A stretch of 64,000 nt of DNA, from NCBI GenBank assembly GCA_041601615.1, contig JBFIHX010000001.1, positions 256,001 to 320,000 on the forward strand, read 5' to 3'. The translations under genes were made by a program, and so were the position numbers. The notes beneath the pieces are model-generated. The model did not search any database, was not told the DNA's origin, and worked only from the letters and a program-made list of their open reading frames with translations. Below, piece by piece: positions 47,219 through 56,407 of the stretch. This stretch comes from Thermoplasmatota archaeon. Its GTDB lineage: Archaea > Thermoplasmatota > E2 > JACPAO01 > JAHFTW01. Every line of letters starts with the position of its first letter. Position 1 is the stretch's first letter.

Positions 47219-47683
47219 ATGGCCGTCCTCGACACCTCGTTTTTGATCGCCCTCGACCGCCGCGAGCCGGGCGCACAGGCCCTGATGACGCAGATGCAAC
47301 AGGAGGGCGCTGCCGTCACCGTTCCCGCCGCCGTCTGGTTGGAGTACCTCGTGGGGGTCGCACCCCGCGTGCGCGAACTAGCGGCAAACATCCTGTCTCG
47401 CGCCGCCGAGATCGTTCCCTTCGACCAGGACCTCGCCGACCGTGCCGTGTTGTTGCAGGACGAACTGTTGCGCTCGGGGCGCCGACTCGGATGGCATGAT
47501 CTTCAGGTAGCCGCCACGGCCTTGCACCGACACGATGCACTCGTCACCCTCGATCAGGGATTTGACGAAGTTGCAGGGCTTGCATCCATCGACTTGCAGT
47601 TGCAAGCCCCTGGGCCCCGGACCCAAAAGAGGCAGAAATCGGACCCCCCGGAAATCCTTGTGGGCCGACGTTCGCCGCGCTAA
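47219..47683 (+). CDS. vapC: VapC PIN-domain toxin
   Basis: VLDTSFLI, E, DLQVAATA, LVTLD..F. Confidence 0.9.
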   Translation: MAVLDTSFLIALDRREPGAQALMTQMQQEGAAVTVPAAVWLEYLVGVAPRVRELAANILSRAAEIVPFDQDLADRAVLLQDELLRSGRRLGWHDLQVAATALHRHDALVTLDQGFDEVAGLASIDLQLQAPGPRTQKRQKSDPPEILVGRRSPR

Positions 47684-47745
47684 TGGTCCCAAAATCACCA
47701 GCCATGTTTATATTATGATCAGTCATTATCGTTCGAGGCCAATCA

Positions 47746-48282
47746 ATGGACCTAAAGAAAACCAAAACATTCTCTATCCTCGCAATCGCCCTGCTCATGG
47801 TTCCCTCCGGTACTGCGGCAGACACAAATCGACAAGTTGGCACCATGAGCTGCAATGCCACCACTGGCTCCGGTCTGACGGCATCCATCCTGTTCGACGT
47901 CGTAGGCGAGCCCTTCGGCCGTGCCACCCTCACTGCGCAAGGCACCGCATTGGGCGCTCCCTGCATCTTTGACATCGAAGTAACGGCAATCACATGGGAG
48001 AATCCATACTACACGGCATACCAGGGGTTCAGCCCAAGCGGATCCATCTCCGGCATCAGCGACCAACCATGTCTCGCCGTCCCCACGTCCCCCGCCGCGA
48101 CCGATCAGTGTACGGCATCATACGAATTCGACTGGACGATGGATTTCTTGGATCCACTGGGCCGGAAGCAAACGACCCACTTGCACGTGGATTTTGACCT
48201 CGTGGTCAATGGAAGCGTCGTGGCTTCCGGCAGGTACACCATCTACGAACCCTCGGTCCCTGATGTTTTGTCCTGGATCTAG
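47746..48282 (+). CDS. Secreted hypothetical protein (4 Cys)
   Basis: Basic plus hydrophobic signal; TATA-like TTTATATT about 35 bp upstream. Confidence 0.65.
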   Translation: MDLKKTKTFSILAIALLMVPSGTAADTNRQVGTMSCNATTGSGLTASILFDVVGEPFGRATLTAQGTALGAPCIFDIEVTAITWENPYYTAYQGFSPSGSISGISDQPCLAVPTSPAATDQCTASYEFDWTMDFLDPLGRKQTTHLHVDFDLVVNGSVVASGRYTIYEPSVPDVLSWI

Positions 48283-48372
48283 GCTCGATCATCATCGCCC
48301 CTTCACCCCCCCTCCTCCGCTTCCTCCTCTTCAGACAAAAGCCTCTTGTGGATTGGACCCACGCCCGGACTC

Positions 48373-48747
48373 GTGTCGGACATCCAGAAATCCCGTGCGG
48401 GCCAGGCGGTCTCCGACGAGACCATCGCCAAGTTTCGCGCCGCTAAGGGATTCCTGGTGTTGGAATGGATTGGGGCGTTGATGCTTGTGGGGAGCTTCAC
48501 GCAGCTGTACGTCTTTGGATTGCTGCCGAACGCCCGCGTGCTTCTGGTGGAAATCATCGGCGTCGTCATGGCCGTGCTTGGAACCGTGCTGTGGGCATCG
48601 GCGCGCAACGCCTACTACGCCATCGATTTTCCTTGGAAGCGGCGCTGGGAGTTCTTTGCCACGGTGGTCGCAGGCGCTGGATTTGTTTTCTGGCTGCTGT
48701 TTTTGGTGGCGGCGTTCCTGGCATGGCGCGGTGTGGATTTTCTCTAA
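48373..48747 (+). CDS. Small membrane protein
   Basis: Three hydrophobic segments; start uncertain. Confidence 0.6.
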   Translation: MSDIQKSRAGQAVSDETIAKFRAAKGFLVLEWIGALMLVGSFTQLYVFGLLPNARVLLVEIIGVVMAVLGTVLWASARNAYYAIDFPWKRRWEFFATVVAGAGFVFWLLFLVAAFLAWRGVDFL

Positions 48748-49178
48748 GACGATAGGCTTGCTAGACGTACAAACCGACTCGTCGCCTTTGCCACCAGTCG
48801 TCCTTCCGCGTCGCGAACGGTTGCGTCCATGAGTGTCATGGTCCGTCCCGCCTGCACGATTGTGCCTTCGGCCACGAGCCGCCCTGCCGTCGTCGGCCGC
48901 AGAAATTCGATGTGGATACCGGTGTTCGTGCCGTTCTCCCCGGGCCCCAACGTTGCCATGAACGCCATGCCCATTGCAGAATCAGCCAAGATGGTCAGGA
49001 CGCCACCATGCAAGACGCCGGGCGGATTCGTGTGATCCGCGCTGAATTCGTACTCGATGCAGGCACGCCCAGGCTCGATGCTTGTGAGCCTTGCGCCGAT
49101 GAGGCCGTCGGCCGGGCAACCAGGCCCGCCGCTTGCGATTGCGGCTTGCAATCGTTCCAGCCAACTTGACTCGCTCAC
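48744..49178 (-). CDS. PaaI family thioesterase
   Basis: NPPGVLHGG...LADSAMG, IEFLRP. Confidence 0.9.
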   Translation of the reverse strand: MSESSWLERLQAAIASGGPGCPADGLIGARLTSIEPGRACIEYEFSADHTNPPGVLHGGVLTILADSAMGMAFMATLGPGENGTNTGIHIEFLRPTTAGRLVAEGTIVQAGRTMTLMDATVRDAEGRLVAKATSRFVRLASLSS

Positions 49179-49861
49179 AGCAGACTCCGAAGTCGCATCT
49201 GAAGCTCGTCCAGCGGCAGTTCGGTGGTTATCAGGGGAATTTGTTCGTACTCGGCGAGGCGATACGCGAGTTTGTCCACATCCTCTGGTTGATGGTACAC
49301 CACCAGAGAGGGCTTCATGGGGTGGACGCGAATCGCAATCATCGGGCTGCGGCCATACTTGATTCCGCTGAACACAAGGGCGCGTTCGGTGCTCCAGCCA
49401 TAGACGCGCACGTAATCATTGGCATTGAGGCTGGCAATCGCCTTAACGGCGTCAATAAGCGTGTATCCCTGTACTTTCTTTTCTTCGATGTCCGCAAGCA
49501 CCAGAGCGCGGCCTTCGATGGCGTCCACAAATTCCATCGCGGGAATGTTGCGGCGGTACTCCACGATGTCCAGAATTCCCTCCGTGGGATTGATGAGGGA
49601 ATGGTAGCGGGCGATGATGTGTCCGCCCCTGTCCGCGTCCATGTCCACGAGCGCTTCCACGAGTCGCTTGACCGTCGCGATGCCGGGACTTTTGCGGCGG
49701 CCGGACTCGTAATCGCTGATGACGCTGGGGTTGATGCCGAGGCGGCCTGCGAGTTCCGACTGGCTGAACTCGAAGCTCTCACGCCATTTTCGCAGGGTCG
49801 CGCCGGCTTCGATGGAGAGGGTGATCTCGCCCGCCATCTTCTCCAGCAACGCTTCCTTCAT
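49175..49861 (-). CDS. Archaeal XRE-family HTH transcriptional regulator
   Basis: EKMAGEITLS, SVISDYESGRRKSPG, YGWSTERALVF, YGRSPMIAIRV. Confidence 0.9.
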   Translation of the reverse strand: MKEALLEKMAGEITLSIEAGATLRKWRESFEFSQSELAGRLGINPSVISDYESGRRKSPGIATVKRLVEALVDMDADRGGHIIARYHSLINPTEGILDIVEYRRNIPAMEFVDAIEGRALVLADIEEKKVQGYTLIDAVKAIASLNANDYVRVYGWSTERALVFSGIKYGRSPMIAIRVHPMKPSLVVYHQPEDVDKLAYRLAEYEQIPLITTELPLDELQMRLRSLL

Positions 49862-49969
49862 CGGACGTCGATAAATGGTACGGCAAAAGACGGTTGCGTT
49901 TTTGCTTGATGCCCAAGGTCGCCCGCCCCACTGCGCCATGTTTTTTCCCGCGTGCTCCATGCACCCCCG

Positions 49970-50419
49970 ATGAGCCCGACCATGGTGACCACCCACGCGG
50001 AGGAGGCCGGACTCAAGGCCTTCCTCGATCCTTTGCCCGGTGACTGCGTGGCCGCCGTACGGACGCTTGCGCATGCTTGGGCCGCCGTCGGCGGGAAACT
50101 GGCGCCTGGGCGTCTTGCCGTTCGCTTGCTTGGACCTGAGACCTCCGAACGACCCGCATTCACCGCCGCAACGCTCTACGCACCCCGAGGCGACCATGCG
50201 AATCCCCGGCTGGAACTTGCACGCACCATCCTGGAGCACCACGGCGTGGGGCCAGACGCGTTCGAACATTGGTGCGACGAGATCGTGGACCTTGGCGGCC
50301 CAGGCTTTTCCGCACGCGCCAAATTCCCCGCCATCCCCCTGCCCCCATCCTTGAGCGCCGGCGACCTTGCCCGGCTTGTGGGAGCCCTTCGCGACCTTGC
50401 GCTCATGACCGGCGCCTAA
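49970..50419 (+). CDS. Hypothetical protein
   Basis: Fills the gap directly upstream of glpD (1-bp spacing). Confidence 0.55.
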   Translation: MSPTMVTTHAEEAGLKAFLDPLPGDCVAAVRTLAHAWAAVGGKLAPGRLAVRLLGPETSERPAFTAATLYAPRGDHANPRLELARTILEHHGVGPDAFEHWCDEIVDLGGPGFSARAKFPAIPLPPSLSAGDLARLVGALRDLALMTGA

Positions 50420-50420
50420 C

Positions 50421-52034
50421 ATGGTGACGCCTGAAACCGATCCGTTCGATCTATTGGTCGTAGGAGGCGGAATCAACGGCGCCGGCATTGCACGCGACGC
50501 GGCGCTTCGAGGATTGTCGGTTCTGCTCGTGGACAAAAACGACTGGGGCTGGGGCACTTCATCCAAGTCGAGCATGCTGGCCCACGGCGGGCTTCGATAC
50601 CTAGAGCAATTCGAGTTGGGCTTGGTCCACGAAGCATTGCAAGACCGTGAATTGATGCTTCAACACGCCCCCCACTTGGTCCGGCCCTTGCGTTTCATCT
50701 ACCCAATCTATCCGGATGTGGCCAACCGCCGCACCGTGCGCGCGGGCCTATTTGTGTATGATTTGTTGAGCCATGGCAAGTCGGTGCCCCAGCGCGACTA
50801 CCTCGACCGAGAGGAGTGCCTGGAAGCCATACCGCAACTCAATCCGGTAGGTCTAGAGGGCGGGGCGACGTACTTTGACGCGCAAATTCGCAGCGTCGAG
50901 CGGCTCGTTGCAGAGCTTGTCTGGGACGCCCGTCGAGCCGGAGCAGACTGCCGCAACCACACAGAAATGGTACGCCTCATCCTCGAAGAAGGCGTGTGCA
51001 CGGGTGCAGTGGTGCGCGACGCCGACGGAAACGAGTCCACAGTCGAGGCTCGAGCCGTGGTCAATGCCGCCGGAACTTGGGTGGACGACGTCCTTGCCCG
51101 AGGCATCAAGGAGCAGCACGGCCCATTGATTCGCAAAACCAAGGGCGTCCATCTTGTGTTGCCACGCTTCCTAGATGACGCGTTGATTGTGCGCGCCGCA
51201 AGCGATGGCAGGACGTTCTTTTTCATCCCATGGAAAGAACACACGCTCGTTGGCACCACCGACACCGATTTCGAGGGAGACGCTGGCGACGCTGCTGCAA
51301 CGGGCGAGGATGCGCGGTACCTCTTGGATGCCGCTCGCTCGTACTTTCCGGATGTTCCGCTGGACATTCGCTACACCTATGCGGGTGTGCGGCCCCTGGT
51401 GCATGAGTCCGACCGACCCGAAGGGAACGTGACACGCAAGCATGTGTTGCATGATCACCGCCGCGACGGAGCTGATGGCTTGTGGAGTGTGCAAGGCGGC
51501 AAGATCACCACGTACCGACATCTAGCAGAGGAGGCGGTGACGGTGGTTTGCAAGCACCTTGGCCGCTCCTCAGAGGCTCGCTTACACCCCACGCGCGATG
51601 CAACGCTCCCCGGTGGGCCCCTCGTTCCGTGGACCGAATTTCGATCCGAATCCATCGAGTCTGCCCGGCTTGAATATGCCCTGCACACCGACACCGCCCA
51701 GCATCTCGTAGACACCTATGGCGCCCGCTGGCGGCAAGTGTTGGAGACCGACAGGAATCAAGACGGGGCCATGCGCAGGCGGGTAGAGAAGGGCAGGCCC
51801 CACTTGTGGTGCGAAGTTCACTATGCTGTTCACTCAGAACAAGCCAAAACGGTCGCGGACGTGATGATCAGGCGCACCGATCTGGGCCTCAAAGCCGATG
51901 GCAACCCACACACTGCCAGGGCCGTGGCCAAACGCATGGCAGACTGGCTTTCTTGGGACACCACCAGAACACGGGCGGAGTTGGAGTCCTACGAGCACGA
52001 AACTCGCGTGCTGCGCATTCCGGATGATTCCTGA
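50421..52034 (+). CDS. glpD: FAD-dependent glycerol-3-phosphate dehydrogenase
   Basis: GGGINGAGIARDAALRG, GTSSKSS..HGGLRYL, KGVHL, GTTD, GGKITTYR. Confidence 0.94.
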   Translation: MVTPETDPFDLLVVGGGINGAGIARDAALRGLSVLLVDKNDWGWGTSSKSSMLAHGGLRYLEQFELGLVHEALQDRELMLQHAPHLVRPLRFIYPIYPDVANRRTVRAGLFVYDLLSHGKSVPQRDYLDREECLEAIPQLNPVGLEGGATYFDAQIRSVERLVAELVWDARRAGADCRNHTEMVRLILEEGVCTGAVVRDADGNESTVEARAVVNAAGTWVDDVLARGIKEQHGPLIRKTKGVHLVLPRFLDDALIVRAASDGRTFFFIPWKEHTLVGTTDTDFEGDAGDAAATGEDARYLLDAARSYFPDVPLDIRYTYAGVRPLVHESDRPEGNVTRKHVLHDHRRDGADGLWSVQGGKITTYRHLAEEAVTVVCKHLGRSSEARLHPTRDATLPGGPLVPWTEFRSESIESARLEYALHTDTAQHLVDTYGARWRQVLETDRNQDGAMRRRVEKGRPHLWCEVHYAVHSEQAKTVADVMIRRTDLGLKADGNPHTARAVAKRMADWLSWDTTRTRAELESYEHETRVLRIPDDS

Positions 52035-52257
52035 AAGCGATTCGGAATGGACCAATGAAATTGAATGCGATGGGTTCGAGCCAATATCTGAATGGAGCCG
52101 ATTGATTTTCTGCCAACTTTGAACCTTCATATAATGCATCAATCCAAGGCTTTGTTGACTCAATAACACATCTTAAATAATTGAGCCTTGCAGGTTGAGG
52201 CGAGCGTTTATTTTAAATGCGATTGATTGTTTGTCTCTTTGGTTCTCTCATTCATGG

Positions 52258-52385
52258 CCAGGGTGGCCAACCCGACACACCGTGGAGCCCAGGGGCAACA
52301 ACCTCCGTCCCCCTCCCAATTTGTCACCCTGGACCGCAGCGGGCGGGTCACCGACCACCCACGCAACAGGCCGATCCGCCCGCTG
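52258..52385. repeat. Inverted-repeat element (copy D) followed by a 10-bp-stem hairpin
   Basis: CCAGGGTG at 52258 and CACCCTGG ending 52332; CAGCGGGCGG...CCGCCCGCTG at 52337-52385. Confidence 0.45.
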
Positions 52386-52496
52386 TGCCCACGCCCCCCC
52401 CCGCCAAACACCCCGGCCCCAGATCAGCATCCCAAATTTCGACGATGCAGGCCCGCAAGCCACCATTGAAACAGACTGCCCGATTTGCACTGCTCC

Positions 52497-53465
52497 ATGC
52501 CCAAAGTCGCACCATGGATGGCAGAATCCCGACGAGAAGGAGCATTTCGACGCAAGACCTCCGAGTTTCGCAGCGCCATCACGCCCGGCGGCCCACACGC
52601 GCCCGAAACCAATCGCTACCATCTCTACGTCTCCTGGGCCTGCCCCTGGGCGCACCGCACCCTCCTAACCCGCACCCTGCTAGGGCTCGAAGCGGCAATC
52701 ACCGTAGACGTCGTCGACTGGCGCATGCAACCCGACGGCAGTTGGATCTTCAACCCTGATGAACCTGGTGCAACAGCCGACACCCTCCACGGCGCCACTT
52801 CCCTGCAAGACGTATACCACGCCGCCGACCCCGATTTTGCAGGCATCGGCACCGTCCCTGTGCTCTGGGACAAGAAATCCGAAACCATCGTCAACAACGA
52901 AAGCCGCGACATCGTCCGCATGCTCGACACCGCCCTCGCGCCCTCGCTTGCCACCGGCCGCACCTTGCTGCCCGACGGAATGGCAACAGAAGTGGACCGC
53001 ATGATCGATGCCAACTACGAATCCGTCAACAATGGTGTTTACAAATGCGGCTTCGCCCGCAGCCAAGAAGCCTACGACGAAGCCTGGCCTGTGCTGTTTT
53101 CGCGCCTCGACGAACTCGACGAACACCTTTCGGACCGCAACTGGCTCTGCGGCGACGGCAACGACGGCCGAGGCGAACTGACGGAAGCAGACATCTGCCT
53201 CTGGCCCACGCTTGTGCGCTTTGACCCGGTCTACCACACCCACTTCAAATGCGACCGCAAACTCATCGCCCAATACCCTAACTTGACCGCATACGTTCGC
53301 CGTGTCTACCAATTGCCCGGGGTCGCTGCCACCACCAACATGCACCACATCCGCAACCACTACTACTGGTCCCACACCAGCCTGAACCCCCACCGCATTG
53401 TCCCCGTCGGCCCCGACACAAACGCATGGCTCAACACAAATCCGCTTGAGAATTCGTCAACTTGA
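52497..53465 (+). CDS. Glutathionyl-hydroquinone reductase (Xi/omega-class GST)
   Basis: RYHLYVSWACPWAHR, TVPVLWDK, NNES, NNGVYKCGFA, RFDPVY..HFKC. Confidence 0.93.
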   Translation: MPKVAPWMAESRREGAFRRKTSEFRSAITPGGPHAPETNRYHLYVSWACPWAHRTLLTRTLLGLEAAITVDVVDWRMQPDGSWIFNPDEPGATADTLHGATSLQDVYHAADPDFAGIGTVPVLWDKKSETIVNNESRDIVRMLDTALAPSLATGRTLLPDGMATEVDRMIDANYESVNNGVYKCGFARSQEAYDEAWPVLFSRLDELDEHLSDRNWLCGDGNDGRGELTEADICLWPTLVRFDPVYHTHFKCDRKLIAQYPNLTAYVRRVYQLPGVAATTNMHHIRNHYYWSHTSLNPHRIVPVGPDTNAWLNTNPLENSST

Positions 53466-53503
53466 CGCACCTGTTCAAATCCTCCGCCGATTCTGACTGC
53501 CCC

Positions 53504-54427
53504 ATGCGCGCCTTGCTGGCCCTCCTCATATTGATGCTCGCGGGCTGCTCCACGCCTGAAACAGAAATCGAGACCACCTGGGAACCCATGCCCGAGGACA
53601 CCCAGGAACCGATGCCCAACTTGATGATCGATAGCGTAGGTCCCTACGGCGGCGGCAGGGGCAACGTACAAGTGCGCTGGCCCGGCGGAGAATGGCAATC
53701 CTCCCTCGAAAAAGACCACCGCATGGTCGTCAACGCCACCACCGTCACCCAACTATCCGATATTGGCGAAGGCTTCCGCTTCGAAGCCCGATTCGTCACT
53801 CCCGACCAAAACGCCAACGACGACCCACAAACCGTCGGCAACGCCTCCTGGTACGTCTGGAATCGAGCCGGCGACAGCCAACAAAACATTGAAGCCCCCG
53901 CCGACGCCATCCAAACCTTCACTGCAATCGCAGGAGCCACCGACGTTTTCGTCGAGGTGTACAACGGCGATGGCTGGTACGCACGCGGCGGATCGGCACT
54001 CGTGCAAGTGTACCAAACATGGGAGGTCCACGGAACGGTCCAACCGCTCCCCGTGCAAGCCCCCGGCGCGCCCGATGTGCGCCAAGAAATACGAGTCCCC
54101 ACCCTCGGCCAGTGGGGAACCCTAGTCGCATCCACGGAAGCCCTCGGCGATGCTCCCAACACCGGCCGGGATCTGCGCCTCGGAATCCGGCTCGGCCCCG
54201 AAGAACACTGCATCGACCCGCCGACCCCCGGCGTACTGGACCACACGGCGCACCTTCTGCAAGCACCCCTATGGGAAGCCATGCCCTACGGCCAAGTGTA
54301 CGTCGGCAACCCCGTTGGCTGGTGCAAAAATACCTACACCGACCCGATGAACCTCGCGCCCATCGACTACGTCCTCACGCTCACCGTCGCAACGCCGCAA
54401 CAAGGGTCCCGAGGCTACTACTACTGA
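53504..54427 (+). CDS. Hypothetical lipoprotein
   Basis: MRALLALLILMLAGC lipobox. Confidence 0.75.
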   Translation: MRALLALLILMLAGCSTPETEIETTWEPMPEDTQEPMPNLMIDSVGPYGGGRGNVQVRWPGGEWQSSLEKDHRMVVNATTVTQLSDIGEGFRFEARFVTPDQNANDDPQTVGNASWYVWNRAGDSQQNIEAPADAIQTFTAIAGATDVFVEVYNGDGWYARGGSALVQVYQTWEVHGTVQPLPVQAPGAPDVRQEIRVPTLGQWGTLVASTEALGDAPNTGRDLRLGIRLGPEEHCIDPPTPGVLDHTAHLLQAPLWEAMPYGQVYVGNPVGWCKNTYTDPMNLAPIDYVLTLTVATPQQGSRGYYY

Positions 54428-54444
54428 AACAGCGCGGCCGGCCC

Positions 54445-54963
54445 CTACAGCGGCGCGATCGTGCCATAACTGCCACAAGTGACAACTCCCTCGGCGCCCG
54501 CCAGATTCTCGCGGTTCCCCTCGTGATCCACCACATGCCCCGACACAGCCGCAGCAAGGTTCAGATCCACGCCCGTGCAACTCCAGCGACCACCCCACAC
54601 CGGCTGGCCCGTTCCCCCATACGGAACCTCCACGGGAATCCCATCAGTGGCTCGAAACATCATCTGCACCTCGCGCACCGGCCCCTCCGAGGCCTGAAGC
54701 ACACCAGACACCACGCGACCCTCCGCAGCCTCCGATAGCCGCAACGACTCCGCCGGCACCCGAATCGCCCGACACTCAGGATAGCGCTCCGCCATGAACG
54801 CCTCGCCGTTGTCCGAACGCACATACACCGTTGCCGGCACCGACGTGCTCTCTGCCAGCACAATGAAGCAATCAAACACCCCATGTGTCGGACTGCGAAT
54901 ACGGCACCATTCGAAACGGCCAGGAACGTGCGCAAACGGAGCAAAGAACTCAGTGACAGCCAC
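54445..54963 (-). CDS. Hypothetical protein
   Basis: Fills the gap between lipoprotein and kinase genes; beta-rich, protein-like composition. Confidence 0.5.
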   Translation of the reverse strand: MAVTEFFAPFAHVPGRFEWCRIRSPTHGVFDCFIVLAESTSVPATVYVRSDNGEAFMAERYPECRAIRVPAESLRLSEAAEGRVVSGVLQASEGPVREVQMMFRATDGIPVEVPYGGTGQPVWGGRWSCTGVDLNLAAAVSGHVVDHEGNRENLAGAEGVVTCGSYGTIAPL

Positions 54964-55067
54964 GACCGCGCACCCGCGACACGACTTAAGGGGCAAGGGA
55001 CCCAAGGGCATGCGCCCCCCCACCCCACAGCGGTGGCCTCATCATCCACAAGCCCCGACAGCAAGCT

Positions 55068-56255
55068 ATGCCGGTCCGACCCGTGCGCAGCGGGACCCGC
55101 CGCACGTCCTCCGCTGCGGAGCTCGTTCCCGCTGCCGCCAGACACCTACTCCAAGCCATGCCCGTCCCCGCCGCATTGCTCAGCCGAGACGGATACCTCG
55201 CCGCCGTCAACCAAGCCTGGACGGCCGCCGCCACCCCCGCCGGCCTCATGAGCACCCGCGACGAGCCCGGCACCGACCACCTCACCGACCTCGACTCCGG
55301 CAAGGGCTTTGCCCACGACGCAGGACAAGCCGTAGCCGCCATCATCCGCACCGCACTCACCGACGGACCCCAATCCACCGCCTACGTCCTCAACGACGCC
55401 GACCGACCCGCCATGTGGATTGCACACGCCGAAAGCCTCGATCTTGACGGCCAACAATACGTTCTCCTGACCCACCAAGAACGCACCAGCGAAGAAAAAT
55501 CCCAATCCCTCGCCGAGCAACTCTCCACCACAAGCATGGACCTCAAGCGCGTCATGGCCGTCGCCCAAGACCGCAGCCACCTCCTGCACGGCGCCCTGCA
55601 AGAATTCCACGGCCCCATCACCCCCATCAACCTCCAACTCCACCTATTGAGCACCGGCGGCCTCGGAAAAATCACCAAACGCCAAGCCACCGCGCTCGAA
55701 CGCATCCAACGCAACGTTCGCCGCTGGTGGAACCTGCAAGAAAAACTCCTCGGCCAACTGCAAGGACTCGAACGCAACGACGAAATGCCCCGCCTCATCG
55801 ACCTCGGCTCCCTCCTTGACGAAGCGTTGCCGCCCTTCCGCGACCGTTGCCTCGCAAGCGGCATCCGTCTACGCATCGACCGCCCCAAGCGATCAGTCCC
55901 CGTGCAAGTGTCCCCCCGCGCCCTCGTCCAAGTGATGCTGATGCTCGTGGACCACGCCATCAAAGTCACCTCAAGTGGCGGCCAAGTCTGGGTACGCGCC
56001 CGCGCCGTAGGCGACCACGCCGAATTGAGCATCCAAGACCAAGACCCCGTCATGGACCCCAACATCGCCCAACACCTGCTCGACAAGGACCAACTCCTCA
56101 CCGAACACGACGACGGCGGACACGCGCTTCGATCCGGCCTCCTGTACGCCCACAGCGTAGTCGCCCGCATCGGCGGCACCCTGGAAGTACACTGCTCCGG
56201 ACCCGGCCAAGGCCTCGAAGTCGTCCTGAGCCTGCCCCAATCGCTTGGACTCTGA
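55068..56255 (+). CDS. PAS-like plus histidine-kinase-like protein, degenerate
   Basis: PAS-like VNQAW segment, HisKA-like helices, HATPase-like C-terminus. Confidence 0.75.
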   Translation: MPVRPVRSGTRRTSSAAELVPAAARHLLQAMPVPAALLSRDGYLAAVNQAWTAAATPAGLMSTRDEPGTDHLTDLDSGKGFAHDAGQAVAAIIRTALTDGPQSTAYVLNDADRPAMWIAHAESLDLDGQQYVLLTHQERTSEEKSQSLAEQLSTTSMDLKRVMAVAQDRSHLLHGALQEFHGPITPINLQLHLLSTGGLGKITKRQATALERIQRNVRRWWNLQEKLLGQLQGLERNDEMPRLIDLGSLLDEALPPFRDRCLASGIRLRIDRPKRSVPVQVSPRALVQVMLMLVDHAIKVTSSGGQVWVRARAVGDHAELSIQDQDPVMDPNIAQHLLDKDQLLTEHDDGGHALRSGLLYAHSVVARIGGTLEVHCSGPGQGLEVVLSLPQSLGL

Positions 56256-56407
56256 ACCGACCACCACGGCGCCAACAGAAGGCACGACTCGACACACTTA
56301 AACGAGGTGCGGCACCTGGAGAGCCGGGATAGGGATGCACAGTTCGGGCGAAGCCTCCAGCACGGAGACCTGCCCGTTCCAGCGTAGCCTATCGAACCGG
56401 TGACGCG

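Noticed and set aside
46984-48282. Mobile element around vapBC
   Set aside because: No integrase, transposase or att/target-site repeats visible
53470-53500. GTTCAAATCC T-loop-like motif
   Set aside because: No cloverleaf; sits in a 38-bp gap between two CDS
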